Below are positions 39,601-47,258 of a stretch of 64,000 nucleotides of DNA, piece after piece (position 1 is the first letter of the stretch; the number at the start of each line of letters is the position of its first letter). Position numbers and translations under genes: made by a program. The notes beneath the pieces were generated by a model, which saw only the letters and a program-made list of their open reading frames with translations, was not told the origin of the DNA and ran no database searches. Source of the stretch: Okamejei kenojei (Eukaryota); the NCBI GenBank assembly GCA_035221665.1, contig CM069134.1, positions 94,178,001-94,242,000 of the forward strand, read 5' to 3'.

Positions 39601-42600
39601 CAAAGAGGCTGTGCCCACACGGCAGTGTAAAAGGGGAGACCTTTCCAATCCACGCTTCCCTCTTTTTTCCGCAAAAAGAGAAGAGGGAACGAGCGACTGA
39701 GGCTTGCACCGACCGACCGAGTGAGCGAGTGTAGCCCACCTGCTCCCCATCCCTTCTGCCCCAACAAAGATGCTGAGACCTGCGAACGGGGAGCAGCTAC
39801 ACGCTGTGAACTATGTGGAGGACTGTCTGGATTCAATCGAGTCTCTGCTTTTTGATCTCCAGAGGAACGTTTTCTGATGAGAGAAATTGATGCTCAATAC
39901 CAAGGTAAGAATTGGTGTACGAGCCCGACCCCCACCAAACTGCTGCAGCACTGGGGCTGGCCGAACAAAAGAGCCGTTCCAGCACAACCATTTTCGCAGA
40001 AAGAGGAATAAATGTCCGACAGTCAGCAACGCAGAGGAGCAGACCGGTCCGGAGTTTGGGAGCCAGGCAGCGAGCGTGATGGGGAAAGAAATCGAAGGGC
40101 CGTCTGTTCTCAGCTTCGGATCTCATGCACCCCCCCCTCCCCTCTCCCACCCCCCTCCCCTCACCCCCCTTCTCCCCTCCTCCCCCCCCTTCACCCCTCC
40201 TCCCCCCCCTACCCCCCTCCCCCCCCCCCTCCCCCCCCCTCTCTCCCTCTCCCCTCTCTCCCCCTCCCCCCCCCCCCCCCCCCCCCCCCCCCCTACCGCC
40301 ATTTGCTCAGCCATGACGGACAAAGATGGCGGAGATGGAAGCCGGTTACGGAAATGGGGCCGAAGATTACCCATGAATTTGCCTATGACCCTACTAAGTC
40401 TTTTTCGTCGAGTGGGCTATCTTGCTTGCTATAGGATCTTTGCTTCGAATCAGCCGATAACACCCGCTATTACGTGGTCGGCGTGCTCGATCAGGAGACG
40501 GCCGGTTGCTTGGTTCCTTACCAACGCGAGCCGCCAGCTGCTGATAAGCACGAGGGTCCCTTTCGGATGCTGCAGCATGGAACTACTACTTTTGTTTTGG
40601 ACATGGGGGGTCGGCGTGAGACTGAGTCTGTGACTTTTGGACCTTAGCGAGCCAGTACAGGTGGCCCAGCCTCGCCGTCGGGGGCGTCCGCTGTCCCAGG
40701 TGCTCCCGAGTTCGTCTATACGGGGCTGGTCCCCTGTGTGTGGGGATGCGTGCACGAGGTCCGGCTGCCTCGTTCGTCTTCCCTTTCGGTTCTGTGCCTC
40801 CGGATCTGGGGGGGTGCTCCTGGTGGTTAGACACTCATGATGGGAACCCTCGGCTCTGGGGGTTTGGTCATGTGACTTGGTTTGACGAGAAGAGAGGGTC
40901 ACGGGTCTTCTCTGGGGTACATATACTGCTGGTAACTCCTTTGCCCCATGTTGTGGTTCTGAGAGCTGTTCTGTGTTAACCTAATAAAGATCACTTTGTT
41001 TGACAACACGTGTCTCGCTATAGCATCTTTATTGTTTGGCATCACCTGTTGGCTGTTGTTCTTCGAGGCAGTATAACGTTTGGTGAGGTCTCCATCACAA
41101 GACTCCCAGTCCCAATCTTCACCATCATCACTCTCAATAGGAAATTCCTCTTCATCTGAGTTATTCAGTTGCGGAATCTCAATCTTCTTCTCTGTCTTTC
41201 CAACTTCCTCTAGTGTTTTCTCAGCACAGCCGCCATCACTAAAAAAAACAAATTGCATTTGGTGTCTTTAAAATAAAACAAAATGCCAAGAACAGCACCA
41301 GAGCATATAATCAAATCATAGCTATCATTATGTCACATGAGGAGGCTGTAGGACATCTGATTTAAAACTTTATCACAGCAGTTGGGTTTTCAGGAACTAA
41401 TAAAGAGGAAAATTGCAAGGAGGTACCATGGCAATGGTAGGAGATGCCAGCGGCACAGCCAGTTGAACTGCTGCCTTCTAGCTCCAACCTCCCAAGTTCA
41501 AATCTGACTTCTGGTGCTGTGCCTGTGCAGTTTAAATGTTCTCCCTTTGACCATGCAAAAATGCGCAGGTTAGCAAGTTAATCAGTCACTCCAATTCCCC
41601 CTAGTGTGTAGCTTGTGTGCATTATAAGTACCTGAAGGGAAATAAGGTGACTAGAGAGAGAATAGGGACCAACAGAATCCAAAGTGTAGCCGCACGAGAT
41701 ACGCAAAATCCGCAATGCGTATTTCTCCATTGTTTTTACCGTGGAGAAAAACATGAAGGCGAGGTAACTTGGGACAGTTAAGATATATTAAGGTAGATAG
41801 ATATCCAAGGGCTGATCTCATATATCCATGGACACTGGAAAACTAGAGAAGAAACTGCAGGTGGGCTGGCTGAGATATACGAATCGTCATTAGGCACAGG
41901 CAAGGTGCCGCAATGTTGGAGGGTGACTAATACTATGCTTCTGCTTAAGTGGTTTGGCAAGGAAAAACCTGGGAACTATAGACTGGCAATGCTAATATCT
42001 GTGGTAGAGGCTGCTTAGGGATAGTCAGAATGGTTTGTCTGTGGGCAAGCGTGTCTTACGAATTTGATCGAGTTTTATGAAGTAACAAAGAGGTTGGCAA
42101 AGGCAAGGGCATAGACATTGTCTACATGGATTTCAGCACGACCTTTAATATGATTTCATATGTTAGGCTGCTCGAGAAGGTTAGATCACGTGGGATCCAG
42201 GCAGAGTTGGATACACAATTGGCTTAAGGGAAGTAAGTAGATGGTGGCGGTGGTAGAAGGTTGTTTATGGTAGAAGGCTTGAGATTATGAGTGTGCCTCA
42301 GGGATTAGTGCTGAGTCCATTGGTGTTTGTGGTTTAGGGATTGTGTGAGGGGGTTTCTGGGTAGGAGGGGATCCCCATCAACCCCGTTCTGGGCAAGACT
42401 TCACCCATTCCCCAAACTACAGACATACAGTGGGGGATCTTGCCCAAAACAGGGAGTGGGGGATCGGTACTTCGATCGTGGAGCGAGGTAGAGGGGGTTC
42501 TGGACAGGACCCCACCACCTCATTCCCCAATCAACCATACCAGGGGTGGTGTCCCAGAACAGTCAGGTGGCGAATCTGTGGAATTCATTGCCACAGAAGG

Positions 42601-45600
42601 CTGTGGAGGCCGTCAATAGATATTTTAAAGGCAGAGTTTGACAGATTCTTGATTAGTACTAATGTCAGGGGTTATGGAGGGAAGACAAGAGAATAGGGTT
42701 GAGAGGGAGATATAGATCAGCCATGATTGATGCCTTGAAGCCTTACCTTCAAGGTCGGCAGAGGAGCGCCAGGTGAAGGAGTGAGTGCAGGGTCTGCGAG
42801 TCAAAACGTGGCGCTGAAGCAAAGCTGAAGAGACAGACGTCAGGCAGAGCCGTGACAGTAGGGAACTCCATAGTGAGATGTACAGACGGGATTCAAGGAT
42901 GGTGTGTTGCCTCCCTGGTGCCAGGATTCAGGATGTCACAGACCAATTGCAGGGCATCCTCAAGGGTGAAGGCGAGCAGCCAGAAGTGGTGGTGCATGTC
43001 GGCACAAATAACGTCGGGATGAAGAGGAAAGAGATTCTACAGCGTGACTTTAGAGAACTCGGAAGGAGGCTGAAAAGCAGGACCTCCAGGGTGGTTATCT
43101 CTGGTTTGCTTCCAGTTCCTCATGCTGGTGAGGGCAGAAACAGGGAGATAGGGGATCTGAATGTGTGGCTGAGGAGCTGGTGTGGGGGGCAGGGATTTAG
43201 ATTCTTAGACTACTGGGATCTGTTTTGGGGTAAGGGTGAATTGTACAAAAGGGACGGGTTGCACCTTAACAAGCGGGGGACTAACATTCTGGCAGGCAGG
43301 TTTGCCACTGCTACATGGGTGGGTTTAAACTAAATAGGGGGGGGGGGGGGGGGGAGGCAAATTGGAAATACAAGGATGGAGTTAAAGGGAAAGAGAGTAT
43401 AAGAAAAGTTAAGAAAGATACCAGAAAGCTCACAAAGGGATAGGAGAGTATGGCCAAGTGAAATAAGAATCGATGTGAAAGGTGAGGTGAGTAATGGATT
43501 AAAAGTATTATATATGAATGTGAAAAGTATAAGAAGTAAACTGGATGAGCTTGAGGCTCAGTTGGAGATTGGTAGATATGACATTGTGGGGATTACAGGG
43601 ACAGGAGGATCAGTACTGGGAACTGAATATTCAGGGTTATATGTCCTATAGAAAGGACAAGCAGGTGGGCAGAGGAGGTGGGGTAGCTCTGTTGGCGAGG
43701 GATGAAATTCAGTCCCTTGCGAGGGGTGACATAGGGACATAAAATCGCTATGGATAGAAATGATGAATTGTAAAGATAAGAAGACACTAATGGGAGCTAT
43801 CTATAGGCCCCCAAACAGTAGCCTGGAGATAGGGTGCAAGCTGCAAGCAGGAATTAAAATTGGCCTGTAACAAAGATATTGCCCTGTGGTTATGGGAGAT
43901 TTCAATATGCAGGTAGATTGGGAAAACCATGTTGGTTCTGGACCCCAAGAAAAGGAGTTTGTAGAGTGCCTCCGAGATGGATTCTTAGAGCAGCTTGTAC
44001 TGGGGCCTACCCGAGAGAAGGCAATTTAGTGTTGTCCAATGAACCAGATTTAATAAGGGAACTCCATGTAAAGGAACCACTAGGAGGTAATGACCATAAT
44101 ATGATAAGTTTAAATCTGTAATTTGAGAGGGAGAAGGTTAAATCAGAAGTGTCAGTGTTGCAGTTGAACAAAGGGGACTATGAAGGCATGAGAGAAGCTG
44201 GCCATGGTCGACTGGAAAAGGATACTAACAGGAATGACGGTGGAACAGCAATGGCAGAAATTTCTGGGCATAATCCAGAAGATGCAGGATCATTGTATTC
44301 CAAAGAGGAAGAATGATTCAAAGGGGGACACAAATGCTGGAGAAATACTTTTTTTTTCCAGCATCTGCAGTTCTTTCTTAAATATTTTAAGGGGAGTAAG
44401 AGGCAACCGTGGCTGACAAGTGAAGTTAGGGATGGAATAAATAAGGAAACGGTGTATAACACAGCAAAGAGTTACGGGAAGCCAGAGGATTGGAAAACTT
44501 TCAAAGGACACCAGAAGGTAACAAAAAGGGCAAAATGGGGTGAAAAGATGAAGTACGAGGGTAAGTTGGTCAAGAATATAAAGAAGAATAGTAAAAGCTT
44601 CTTTAGGTATGTTAAGAGAAAAAGATTAGTAAATGTGGGTCCCTTGAAGGCAGAAACAGGTGAAATTATTATGGGGAGTAAGGAAATGGCAGAAGAGTTG
44701 AACAGGTAATTTGGTTCTGTCTTCACTAAGGAAGACACAAACAATCTCCCAAATGTACTAAAGGACAGAGGATCTAGGGAGACAGAGGAACTGAAATAAA
44801 TTTGCATTAGGCCAGAAACAGTATTGCGTGGAATGATGGGACTGAAGGCTGATAAATCCCCAGAGCCTGATGGTCTGCATCCCAGGGTACTCAAGGAGGT
44901 AGCTCTAGAAATCGTGGGTATTGGTGATCAATTTCCAATGTTCTATAAATTCAGGATCAGTTCCTATGGATTGAAAGGTAGCTAATGTTATCCCACTTTT
45001 CAAGAAAGGAGCGAGAGAGAAAACGGGGAATTATAGACAAGTTAGCCTGACGTCAGTGGTGGGGAAGATGCTGGAGTCAAGTAATAATGGTGCATTGGGA
45101 TAGGAGTAAAAGGATTGGCCCAAGTCAGCATGGATTTATGAAGAGAAAATCCTGCTTGACTAATTTTCTGGAATTTTTTGAGGATGTGACAAGTAAAATG
45201 GATGAAAGAGAGCCAGTGGATGTAGTGTATCTGGATTTTCAGAAAGCCTTTGATAAGGTCCAGAGATGCCAACCCTAAATTTAGTTCACAGTAACATTCA
45301 ACCCATTTGTCCGTAACAAATGGGGTTAAATGCATTTCTCTCCGTAACATACTCACTTGGGGTTGTTGCCGGCGGCTATGCGCCTGCGCACTGGTGCAGA
45401 TCAGCGGGCTGCCGGAGGGCGGGTGCGGCACATGCGCACTTGGCAAGGTTGCCGGCGGGTCTGCGCCTGCGCACTGGGTGGGGGTGGGGGTGGGGGGGAG
45501 GCCCGGTGATGGGGCTGCCGCGAGCGGCCGGCTGGCGGCAAGAAAGTGCCGCTGATCGCGCGGGCCGGCGCCGCCCGGGCTCTGGGCCGGGCGTGGCTGC

Positions 45601-46834
45601 GAGCTGCCGGGCTGGCAAACCGGGGGCACATGGCGCCGGCGTTCACCACGGGAGGAACACCGGCGCGGCGGTGTTCCGTAACAGCATGTTTGGCTGCCGG
45701 AACACCGTAAAAAGGTTATTTCGCCGGGACAAAATACGGCGAATCCGGGACACTTGGCATCTCTGAAGGTCCCACACAGATTAGTGGGCAAAATTAGAGC
45801 ACATGGTATTGGTGGTAGGGTATTGACATGGATAGAGAATTGGTTGGCAGACAGGAAACAAAAAGTAGGAATAAACGGGTCTAGGAAGTTGCAGGCAGTG
45901 AAGAAAGCTAATGGCGTGTTGGCCTTCATAACGAGAGGATTTGAGTATAGGAGTAAAGAGGTCCTCCTGCAGTTGTTCAGGGCGCTGGCGTATTGTGTTC
46001 AGTTTTGGTCTCATAATTTGAGGAAGGACATTTTTGCTATTGAGGCAGTGCAGCGTAGGTTCACGCAGTTAATCCCCGGGATGGCGGTACTGTCATATGA
46101 GGAAAGATTGGAAAGACTCAGCTTGTATTCACTGGAATTTAGAAGGATGATAGGTGATCTTATAGAAACATATACAATGATAAAAGATCTGGACAAGCTA
46201 GATGCAGGAAAAATGTTCCCAAAGTTGGGGGAGTCCAGAATCAGGGGGTCACAGTCTAAGAATAAAGGGGAGGCTATTTAAAACTGAGATGAGAAAAAAA
46301 AACTTTTTCACCCAGAATTGTGGATTTGCAGAATTCTCTGCCACAGAGGGCAGTGGAGGCCAATTCACTGGATGAATTTAAAAGAAAGTTTGATAGAGCT
46401 CTGGGGGTCAGCGGAATCAAGGGATATGAGGAGAAGGCAGGCACGGGTTATTGGCTGGGGATGATCAGCCATGATCACACAAATGGCGGTGCTGGCTCGA
46501 AGGGCCGAATGGCCTCCTCCTGCATCTATTTCGTATGTTTGAATGACGGAACAGAATTAATGCGCCGGATGGCCTAATTCTGCTCCTATAACCCGTGAAC
46601 AGGGAGGATGAGGGGGGGGGGGGGGGGGGGGGGGTGGCGTTGCCCGGCATGGGGAGCGGCCGGGGCGGGCCGAGGGACAGAGACGCGTGTGAAAGCAGCG
46701 GCGACCACCCCCGCACTCGCCGGGACCGGGACCGGGACCGGGCCCACCGCCGCCGCCACTCACCTCTCGCCCGACTCGGCGTCGTCGAACTGCCCCGGGA
46801 CCAGCGCGTCGCCCCGGAAACCGCGCGCGATCAT
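1035..46834 (-). CDS. RIOK1: RIO kinase 1, complete 17-exon CDS (1680 nt incl. stop, 559 aa)
   Basis: Exons assembled by hand with canonical GT/AG sites and matching phases. Translation contains RIO1 motifs [56 protein letters not shown] and a Lys-rich C-terminus. Confidence 0.97.
1367..1495 (-). mobile_element. Penelope-derived short repeat (hammerhead-bearing family)
   Basis: Matches the ctgaagaagggtc...gatgctg...gagttactccagcattttgtg...ccagcatctgcagttcc family. Confidence 0.75.
1994..2134 (-). CDS. RIOK1: RIOK1 exon 16 (VPALLEN... acidic)
   Basis: atcag acceptor, gttagt donor, 141 nt. Confidence 0.94.
2922..3168. other. Assembly gap
   Basis: N run. Confidence 1.
3698..3837. repeat. Direct duplication of about 70 bp inside the DIRS element
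   Basis: gatctttaaactt(g)n aaaac..atgatccaatgaaagatttgataatggatcaaaacaaaggca occurs twice. Confidence 0.85.
5536..5631 (+). mobile_element. Penelope-derived short repeat nested in DIRS, 15-bp TSD
   Basis: TSD tgcagtaatttattg at 5521-5535 and 5632-5646. Confidence 0.8.
6040..6310. other. Assembly gap
   Basis: N run. Confidence 1.
6578..6655. repeat. (TG)n microsatellite
   Basis: Pure TG run inside the DIRS YR remnant. Confidence 0.98.
7633..7772. mobile_element. Penelope-derived short repeat, inverted (fold-back) form, 8-bp TSD
   Basis: TSD catcactt at 7625-7632 and 7773-7780, internal inverted arms. Confidence 0.75.
8054..8107 (-). CDS. RIOK1: RIOK1 exon 15 ([18 protein letters not shown])
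   Basis: cttag acceptor, gtaag donor, 54 nt. Confidence 0.96.
8320..9000 (-). mobile_element. Old LINE 3' fragment (RTE-like)
   Basis: Decayed RT C-terminal-like coding and a 3' end resembling RTE elements. Boundaries approximate. Confidence 0.45.
9510..10205 (-). mobile_element. Rex1/Babar-like LINE 3' fragment
   Basis: [12 protein letters not shown]...FLRRLRR...[15 protein letters not shown] thumb region. Confidence 0.7.
10534..10650 (-). CDS. RIOK1: RIOK1 exon 14 ([20 protein letters not shown]...)
   Basis: tgtag acceptor, gtaagt donor, 117 nt. Confidence 0.96.
10690..11245 (+). mobile_element. Penelope-like element 3' part (GIY-YIG endonuclease remnant plus terminal repeat)
   Basis: [31 protein letters not shown], then VAQHFN and [13 protein letters not shown], followed by gacccgaaacgtc and the repeat family. 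Confidence 0.88.
11405..11470 (-). CDS. RIOK1: RIOK1 exon 13 ([22 protein letters not shown])
   Basis: ttag acceptor, gtgtgt donor, 66 nt. Confidence 0.95.
12027..12143. repeat. Near-perfect inverted repeat, 48-bp arms, 21-nt loop
   Basis: 12027-12074 is the reverse complement of 12096-12143 with one mismatch. Confidence 0.95.
12200..12810 (-). mobile_element. Old Penelope-like remnant
   Basis: Decayed [16 protein letters not shown] endonuclease end and two ccagttctgatg cores on the minus strand. Confidence 0.5.
13745..14129. mobile_element. Degraded Tigger/pogo-like MITE
   Basis: TA-flanked diverged TIRs (tagatggtccccagattatgac / gtccataagtc...ggggaggacatg). Confidence 0.45.
14261..14367 (-). 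CDS. RIOK1: RIOK1 exon 12 ([24 protein letters not shown]...)
   Basis: gtag acceptor, gtaag donor, 107 nt. Confidence 0.97.
15043..16165 (+). mobile_element. CR1 LINE, 5'-truncated
   Basis: RT motifs [21 protein letters not shown] and a CR1 3' UTR. Confidence 0.92.
16347..16450 (-). CDS. RIOK1: RIOK1 exon 11 ([20 protein letters not shown]...)
   Basis: gtag acceptor, gtgggt donor, 104 nt. Confidence 0.97.
16960..18145. mobile_element. Mosaic of old CR1 fragments in both orientations
   Basis: Decayed CR1 ORF2 segments (cagaatcaacatggtttatg; ttctgcaccctcttcaaag). Boundaries approximate. Confidence 0.6.
17928..18031 (+). mobile_element. Penelope-derived short repeat, 14-bp TSD
   Basis: TSD agcattctgataaa at 17914-17927 and 18032-18045. 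Confidence 0.8.
18282..18419 (-). CDS. RIOK1: RIOK1 exon 10 (PAPLLKN...[11 protein letters not shown], catalytic loop)
   Basis: ctag acceptor, gtgagt donor, 138 nt. Confidence 0.97.
18794..19010. mobile_element. Penelope-derived short repeat, head-to-head inverted form, 12-bp TSD
   Basis: TSD taattttcctca at 18782-18793 and 19011-19022. Intact CTGAAGA-AGGGTCTCGACCC-GAAACGTC on the minus strand. Confidence 0.85.
19060..20100 (+). mobile_element. Old CR1/L2-group LINE RT fragment
   Basis: [21 protein letters not shown] and VPQ remnants. Confidence 0.55.
20347..20433 (-). CDS. RIOK1: RIOK1 exon 9 ([28 protein letters not shown])
   Basis: catag acceptor, gtgagt donor, 87 nt. Confidence 0.97.
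21849..21929 (-). CDS. RIOK1: RIOK1 exon 8 ([26 protein letters not shown])
   Basis: tttag acceptor, gtactg donor, 81 nt. Confidence 0.97.
22598..25796 (+). mobile_element. Gypsy LTR retrotransposon A (gag-PR-RT-RH-INT, defective)
   Basis: LTRs 22598-22794 and 25595-25796, TSD gagg, degenerate tRNA-Trp [12 protein letters not shown] protease, [26 protein letters not shown] integrase end, RH-INT deletion near 24810. Confidence 0.93.
25888..26000 (-). CDS. RIOK1: RIOK1 exon 7 (ANVYHA...YVSGEF)
   Basis: cacag acceptor, gtacga donor, 113 nt. Confidence 0.97.
26430..29586 (+). mobile_element. CR1 LINE, long copy (ORF1 esterase end, APE, RT), disrupted
   Basis: [27 protein letters not shown] and a CR1 3' UTR. 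Confidence 0.93.
29681..29773 (-). CDS. RIOK1: RIOK1 exon 6 ([14 protein letters not shown]...STGKE)
   Basis: ctag acceptor, gtaatt donor, 93 nt, P-loop. Confidence 0.97.
29827..29925 (+). mobile_element. Penelope-derived short repeat, 11-bp TSD
   Basis: TSD tgtaaagattg at 29816-29826 and 29926-29936, core ctgaaga-aggatcttgactc-gaaacgtc. Confidence 0.8.
30320..30587 (+). mobile_element. CR1 3' fragment split by Gypsy B (resumes at 34759-34870)
   Basis: CR1 3' sequence is continuous across the LTR element. Confidence 0.8.
30588..34753 (+). mobile_element. Gypsy LTR retrotransposon B (Mag-like, defective)
   Basis: TG..CA LTRs 30588-30799 and 34578-34753, 5-bp TSD gggag, PBS tggtgtcagaag (tRNA-Leu), PPT agaggaagga, double Zn knuckle, VDTGA, IVDDIL, integrase HHCC and VDSYS. 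Confidence 0.95.
35247..35375 (-). mobile_element. LINE 3' tail fragment (related copies at 47762-47950 and 62865-63050)
   Basis: Shared tttagttt..gtacagtgaaaagcttttgttgcgtgcta..atacatgattacaatc motif. Confidence 0.6.
35599..35641 (-). CDS. RIOK1: RIOK1 exon 5 ([14 protein letters not shown])
   Basis: tttag acceptor, gtaat donor, 43 nt. Confidence 0.95.
36423..36492 (-). CDS. RIOK1: RIOK1 exon 4 ([19 protein letters not shown])
   Basis: gacag acceptor, gtaagt donor, 70 nt. Confidence 0.95.
36936..37655. mobile_element. Tc2/pogo-type MITE with an embedded hAT-like mini element (37014-37142) and 25-bp tandem repeats (37495-37585)
   Basis: TIRs CCGTATTTCCCAGCAATGAAGAC / GTCTTCATTGCCGGGAAATACGG, TA TSD. 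Confidence 0.88.
38266..38353 (-). CDS. RIOK1: RIOK1 exon 3 (ANRQ...[13 protein letters not shown])
   Basis: ttcag acceptor, gtaag donor, 88 nt. Confidence 0.95.
39318..40442. mobile_element. Non-autonomous DNA transposon, 26-bp perfect TIR, 8-bp TSD (P-like, hAT not excluded)
   Basis: TIR CAAAGATCCTATAGCAAGCAAGATAG, TSD cttcgaat at 39310-39317 and 40443-40450. Confidence 0.88.
40129..40293. repeat. C-rich polypyrimidine low-complexity tract
   Basis: Almost entirely C/T. Confidence 0.95.
41046..41238 (-). CDS. RIOK1: RIOK1 exon 2 (acidic, DWDW motif)
   Basis: ttttag acceptor, CAG|gtgatg donor, 193 nt. Confidence 0.92.
41445..41680 (+). mobile_element. Degraded tRNA-derived HE1/V-SINE
   Basis: Similar to the copy at 60020-60332. 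Confidence 0.55.
41720..42730 (+). mobile_element. Old CR1 fragments
   Basis: Decayed RT (PGNYR, VYMDFS, VPQG) and 3' UTR. Confidence 0.7.
42800..46540 (+). mobile_element. Near full-length CR1 (ORF1 SGNH esterase plus ORF2), disrupted
   Basis: [27 protein letters not shown] and RT motifs, 3' UTR. Confidence 0.93.
45261..45765. mobile_element. GC-rich MITE, 12-bp TIR, 6-bp TSD (hAT6-like)
   Basis: CAGAGATGCCAA / TTGGCATCTCTG, TSD aaggtc. Removal restores the CR1 FDKVPH codons. Confidence 0.88.
46764..46834 (-). CDS. RIOK1: RIOK1 exon 1 ([23 protein letters not shown])
   Basis: ATG at 46834, donor AG|gtgagt, 71 nt, lies in a CpG island. Confidence 0.92.
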
Positions 46835-46841
46835 CGCCAAC

Positions 46842-46972
46842 CGCCGACCCTCAACCCTGTTAAAGAAGGGGGTGCACAAAATGCCGGAGAAACTCAGCGC
46901 CGACCCTCAACCCTGTTAAAGAAGGGGGTGCACAAAATGCCGGAGAAACTCAGCGCCGACCCTCAACCCTGT
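46842..46972. repeat. 56-bp tandem repeat (2.3 copies) in the RIOK1 5' UTR region
   Basis: Unit cgccgaccctcaaccctgt-taaagaagggggtgcacaaaatgccggagaaactcag starts at 46842 and 46898, partial copy at 46954. Confidence 0.95.
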
Positions 46973-47129
46973 CCCGTGCTCGGCAACGGCAACGGCAGCC
47001 GCGCCGCTCACCAACACCACCGGCCAAACGCGTTTTCGAAATGGATCAGACACTTCCCTTGCCGAGATAGTTACAAACACAGATCAGAGAGCGGATGATC
47101 TTTGGTTACAAAGCACAAGAAAAAAAAAC

Positions 47130-47258
47130 ACGTGGAGGAAGGAACTGCAGATGCCGGTTTACACCGAAGATTGACACACAAAATGCTGGTATAACACAGC
47201 GGGACCGGCAGCATCTCGAGAAAGAAATGGGTAACATTTCGGGTCGAGACACTCCTCG
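47130..47258 (-). mobile_element. Penelope-derived short repeat (further pieces at 47955-48015 and 48672-48840)
   Basis: Same family motifs. Confidence 0.75.

Larger units (their letters stand above)
38917..41022 (+). mobile_element. Non-autonomous Gypsy C (gag start fused to integrase tail)
   Basis: LTRs 38917-39130 and about 40815-41022, PBS tggtgaccccgacg (tRNA-Trp), KLPVFW..PQVWF gag motif, EGPFRML integrase end, flanks gcaa/gcat. Confidence 0.88.
46590..47060 (-). promoter_or_regulatory. CpG island, RIOK1 promoter and 5' UTR
   Basis: Very GC- and CpG-rich around exon 1. ETS-like GGAAGTG on the minus strand at 47051-47057. Confidence 0.7.

Noticed and set aside
39887-40633. 248-aa proline-rich ORF and overlapping Gly/Pro ORFs
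   Set aside because: Produced by the poly-C tract, and it crosses a transposon boundary.
42878-43333. Intact-looking SGNH esterase ORF as a host gene
   Set aside because: It is CR1 ORF1, directly followed by CR1 ORF2.
45042-45929. 295-aa minus-strand ORF
   Set aside because: Chance open frame across a GC-rich MITE and antisense CR1.
46557-47098. Several ORFs around RIOK1 exon 1
   Set aside because: GC-rich CpG island with few stop codons. The real coding part is the 71-nt exon.
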